Positions 61,829 through 64,000 of a DNA stretch of 64,000 nt are shown here, one piece after another. Made by a program: the position numbers and the translations under genes. How positions within the stretch are numbered: position 1 is the stretch's first letter; each line of letters begins with the position of its first letter. A model generated the notes under the pieces. It was not told the DNA's origin. It searched no databases and saw nothing but the letters and a program-made list of their open reading frames with translations. The stretch is from Callorhinchus milii (lineage: Eukaryota). The stretch is from assembly GCF_018977255.1 (NCBI RefSeq), contig NW_024704743.1, positions 55,182,001 through 55,246,000 of the forward strand, read 5' to 3'.

Positions 61829-62654
61829 CTGCAGCTGTGGCCAAAGCTATATAGTAATAGCAAAGGAGTGACGGCAGACTCATTACAGACCATCATCAGA
61901 TATTTACATAGCTTATCTCTTTGTTAACCTCTTAGGATATCATACACTAATATCCTGCTATTGTTTGTAGCTGTCACATCACATTAGCCTATATAATACG
62001 CAGTAACTACACATTACAGTGGCTCCTGTGAAGCACTTTGAGACATCATCTTGACATGAAAGGCCTATATCAAATGCAAAGATCATTTTTTATTATTGTT
62101 ATTACAGGAAAACCAATATTAGTCATCTCCTAACTCATTATGCTGCTCCCCTAGCCTACAATACTCCCACAATTACCGGCTGCATTAATTCACAGGAAAA
62201 GTAATCCTGTTCCGTCGTCGCATGTGCAGAAGAATTTCATTTCCCACGATTCAGTGTGATTCCAATGCTTGTTGGTAAGTGTGTATGCAGCGACAGGTCG
62301 AGACGCATTGAATCATGGGAACCAAAGTCTTGACCGGTCACTGTATGAGTACTTATCGGCTGCATTGAATTTTTCATGTGCAGTGTATATTATTGATTAA
62401 ATCAGATTTTATACAATTTATACAGTTTGCCTCAAACTCGGACTTTGCGTAAGTCATATTAATTGTCATGGTCCTGATTGAAAGGACTTATGCGAGTTTT
62501 ACTGTAATAACAGTAATAAAACAATGATACTGCATTTAATATAGGCCTAATAATCATTGATTGTATTATATAGGTTAATGTGGTGGTTGAGAAAGCTACA
62601 AACAATTGCAATCACTCCTATGTTATCACTGTGTATCTTTGGCCACAGCTGCAG
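61829..62654. repeat. Large imperfect inverted repeat (arms about 61829-62124 and 62485-62654) around a pogo/Tigger-like element (62105-62504)
   Basis: Three collinear blocks match in reverse complement. The inner ends read TA|caggaaaacc and gagttttactg|TA. Confidence 0.8.
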
Positions 62655-63030
62655 AATCATAAATCATAGAATACAGCAATAAAGAAGACTATTCGGCCCA
62701 TTATGTCTGTGCTGCTCTTTTAAAATTATAATTTTATATTAATAATTTTATTCAAATCATTTGTGGTGATAAAAACATTTAAAAAGATATAATTTTGGAT
62801 TTTTCCAAGGAAAGCAGAACTGTTTTGTACTTCTCTATACATGTTTTTGCAGATGTGTTTTGACGGAAGCTGTGTTCGCAATAAAAATACTTTTAAGGAC
62901 ATATGATGGTATTCTTCTGAGCAATAAAATCAAGTGCAAAGTCTATCGTACACTCCAGTGTGACAAAAATTTTAAGACATCACGTTAGTGTCTGAAATTC
63001 CACACCATGGGGTAGGCCCAATGTGATGCT

Positions 63031-63079
63031 GTTAAGGCTTATACTGGACAATGAAGATTGTCCAAGTATAAACCTTAAC
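63031..63079. repeat. Near-perfect hairpin with a 4-nt GAAG loop
   Basis: gttaaggcttatactggacaat-gaag-attgtccaagtataaaccttaac. Confidence 0.9.
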
Positions 63080-63339
63080 CCAACCATGACATTTCTGACA
63101 ATTCAAACAACTCACTGAGCTAATCAAGCATTCACTGGTTCAATGATAGCAATCCAGTCATCCACATTTGCCTTCCAGCTGGTTATCAGGATCACAGCTT
63201 TATTCACAGTATTTTGTTGAGCAAAAAGCTACAGTTTCACTAACTAGCAGCTGTGATCTGTGAGCCTGAAGTTGAATCTGTGACCTAGTTTAACGAACAT
63301 CAACACTGAGATCACTGTGGAGAGGAGGGGGTGGGAGGG

Positions 63340-63615
63340 GGAAATCTACATTCCAAACAGCCTTGCAATTCCTATTCAATACTTTAGGAATCTCAAAATC
63401 AGTGTTGCGTCAAACAACTGTCTTGTTTCATCCTTCTCCTCTTTCAAAAATCTTCTCATTACCTACCTTTTGGACAGTGCTTTTGGTCATTGCCCTCCTG
63501 CCCCTCCTCCTCCGACCCTCATCTCCCACCCTGTTTGTGGTTCCACTCCGTCCCCGTGAAATGCTTTGTGACGTTTAACCACGTGAAATATGTTATATAA
63601 ATACAAGTTGTTGCT
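63340..63615 (+). mobile_element. Old L2 3' end
   Basis: tttggacagtgcttttggtca...gctttgtgacgtttaaccacgtgaaa...ttgttg. Confidence 0.7.
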
Positions 63616-64000
63616 GCAGGCGTTTGGTGATTTCTATTGTCCAAATCACCCTGTCTAAATATTCACTGATCTCTGTTCAAATCACCTAGCATTCAATCTA
63701 GAAGCAGAGTGGAGCAGATCAGGAAATGCATCCCCATCACTCAATTACTCATATCCACTGAGAATAAGTATTGAGTTATTTTGCTGGAAGAATTCTGTTC
63801 TTTTCACGGAAGAAGTAGAACACAATGGAGTGTCTGCTGTTCCACATCAGCAACATTAACTGAAACACCAACCATCCTTATCCTAAGGGTGAAGTATACA
63901 GCATTTAATTTAGAAGATAGCATGGGCTATCTGAGAGGATTCCATTGCACTGCACAAAAAGCATCACTCAAAGAAATATGAATGGAGGCAAATAGCCTCT

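Overview
Vertebrate, repeat-dominated non-coding DNA (intron or intergenic). It is most likely from a cartilaginous fish, possibly a holocephalan; this is inferred from the CR1 + L2 LINE and SacSINE1-like Deu-SINE content. I recognise no host protein-coding exon, rRNA, functional tRNA gene or CRISPR array. Nearly all listed ORFs are pieces of decayed retrotransposon ORF2, their antisense frames, or chance ORFs. Content: many 5'-truncated L2 LINEs with (TTG)n tails, often nested in each other; CR1 LINEs; two tRNA-headed SINE families sharing a Deu-like 3' part and an L2-type tail; Tx1-like LINE fossils; and faint DNA-transposon fossils (hAT, pogo/Tigger-like, possibly Crypton). The less ordinary observations are: (1) an identical inverted L2/L2 junction at two loci 36 kb apart; (2) a Tigger-like element whose flanks are inverted copies of each other; (3) a decayed tyrosine-recombinase-like frame near a thrice-repeated palindromic motif; (4) several isolated hairpins; (5) nested L2 insertions whose target duplications end in CAA. 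None of these is demonstrated to be a new biological system. All family assignments are by eye, and most element boundaries are approximate.
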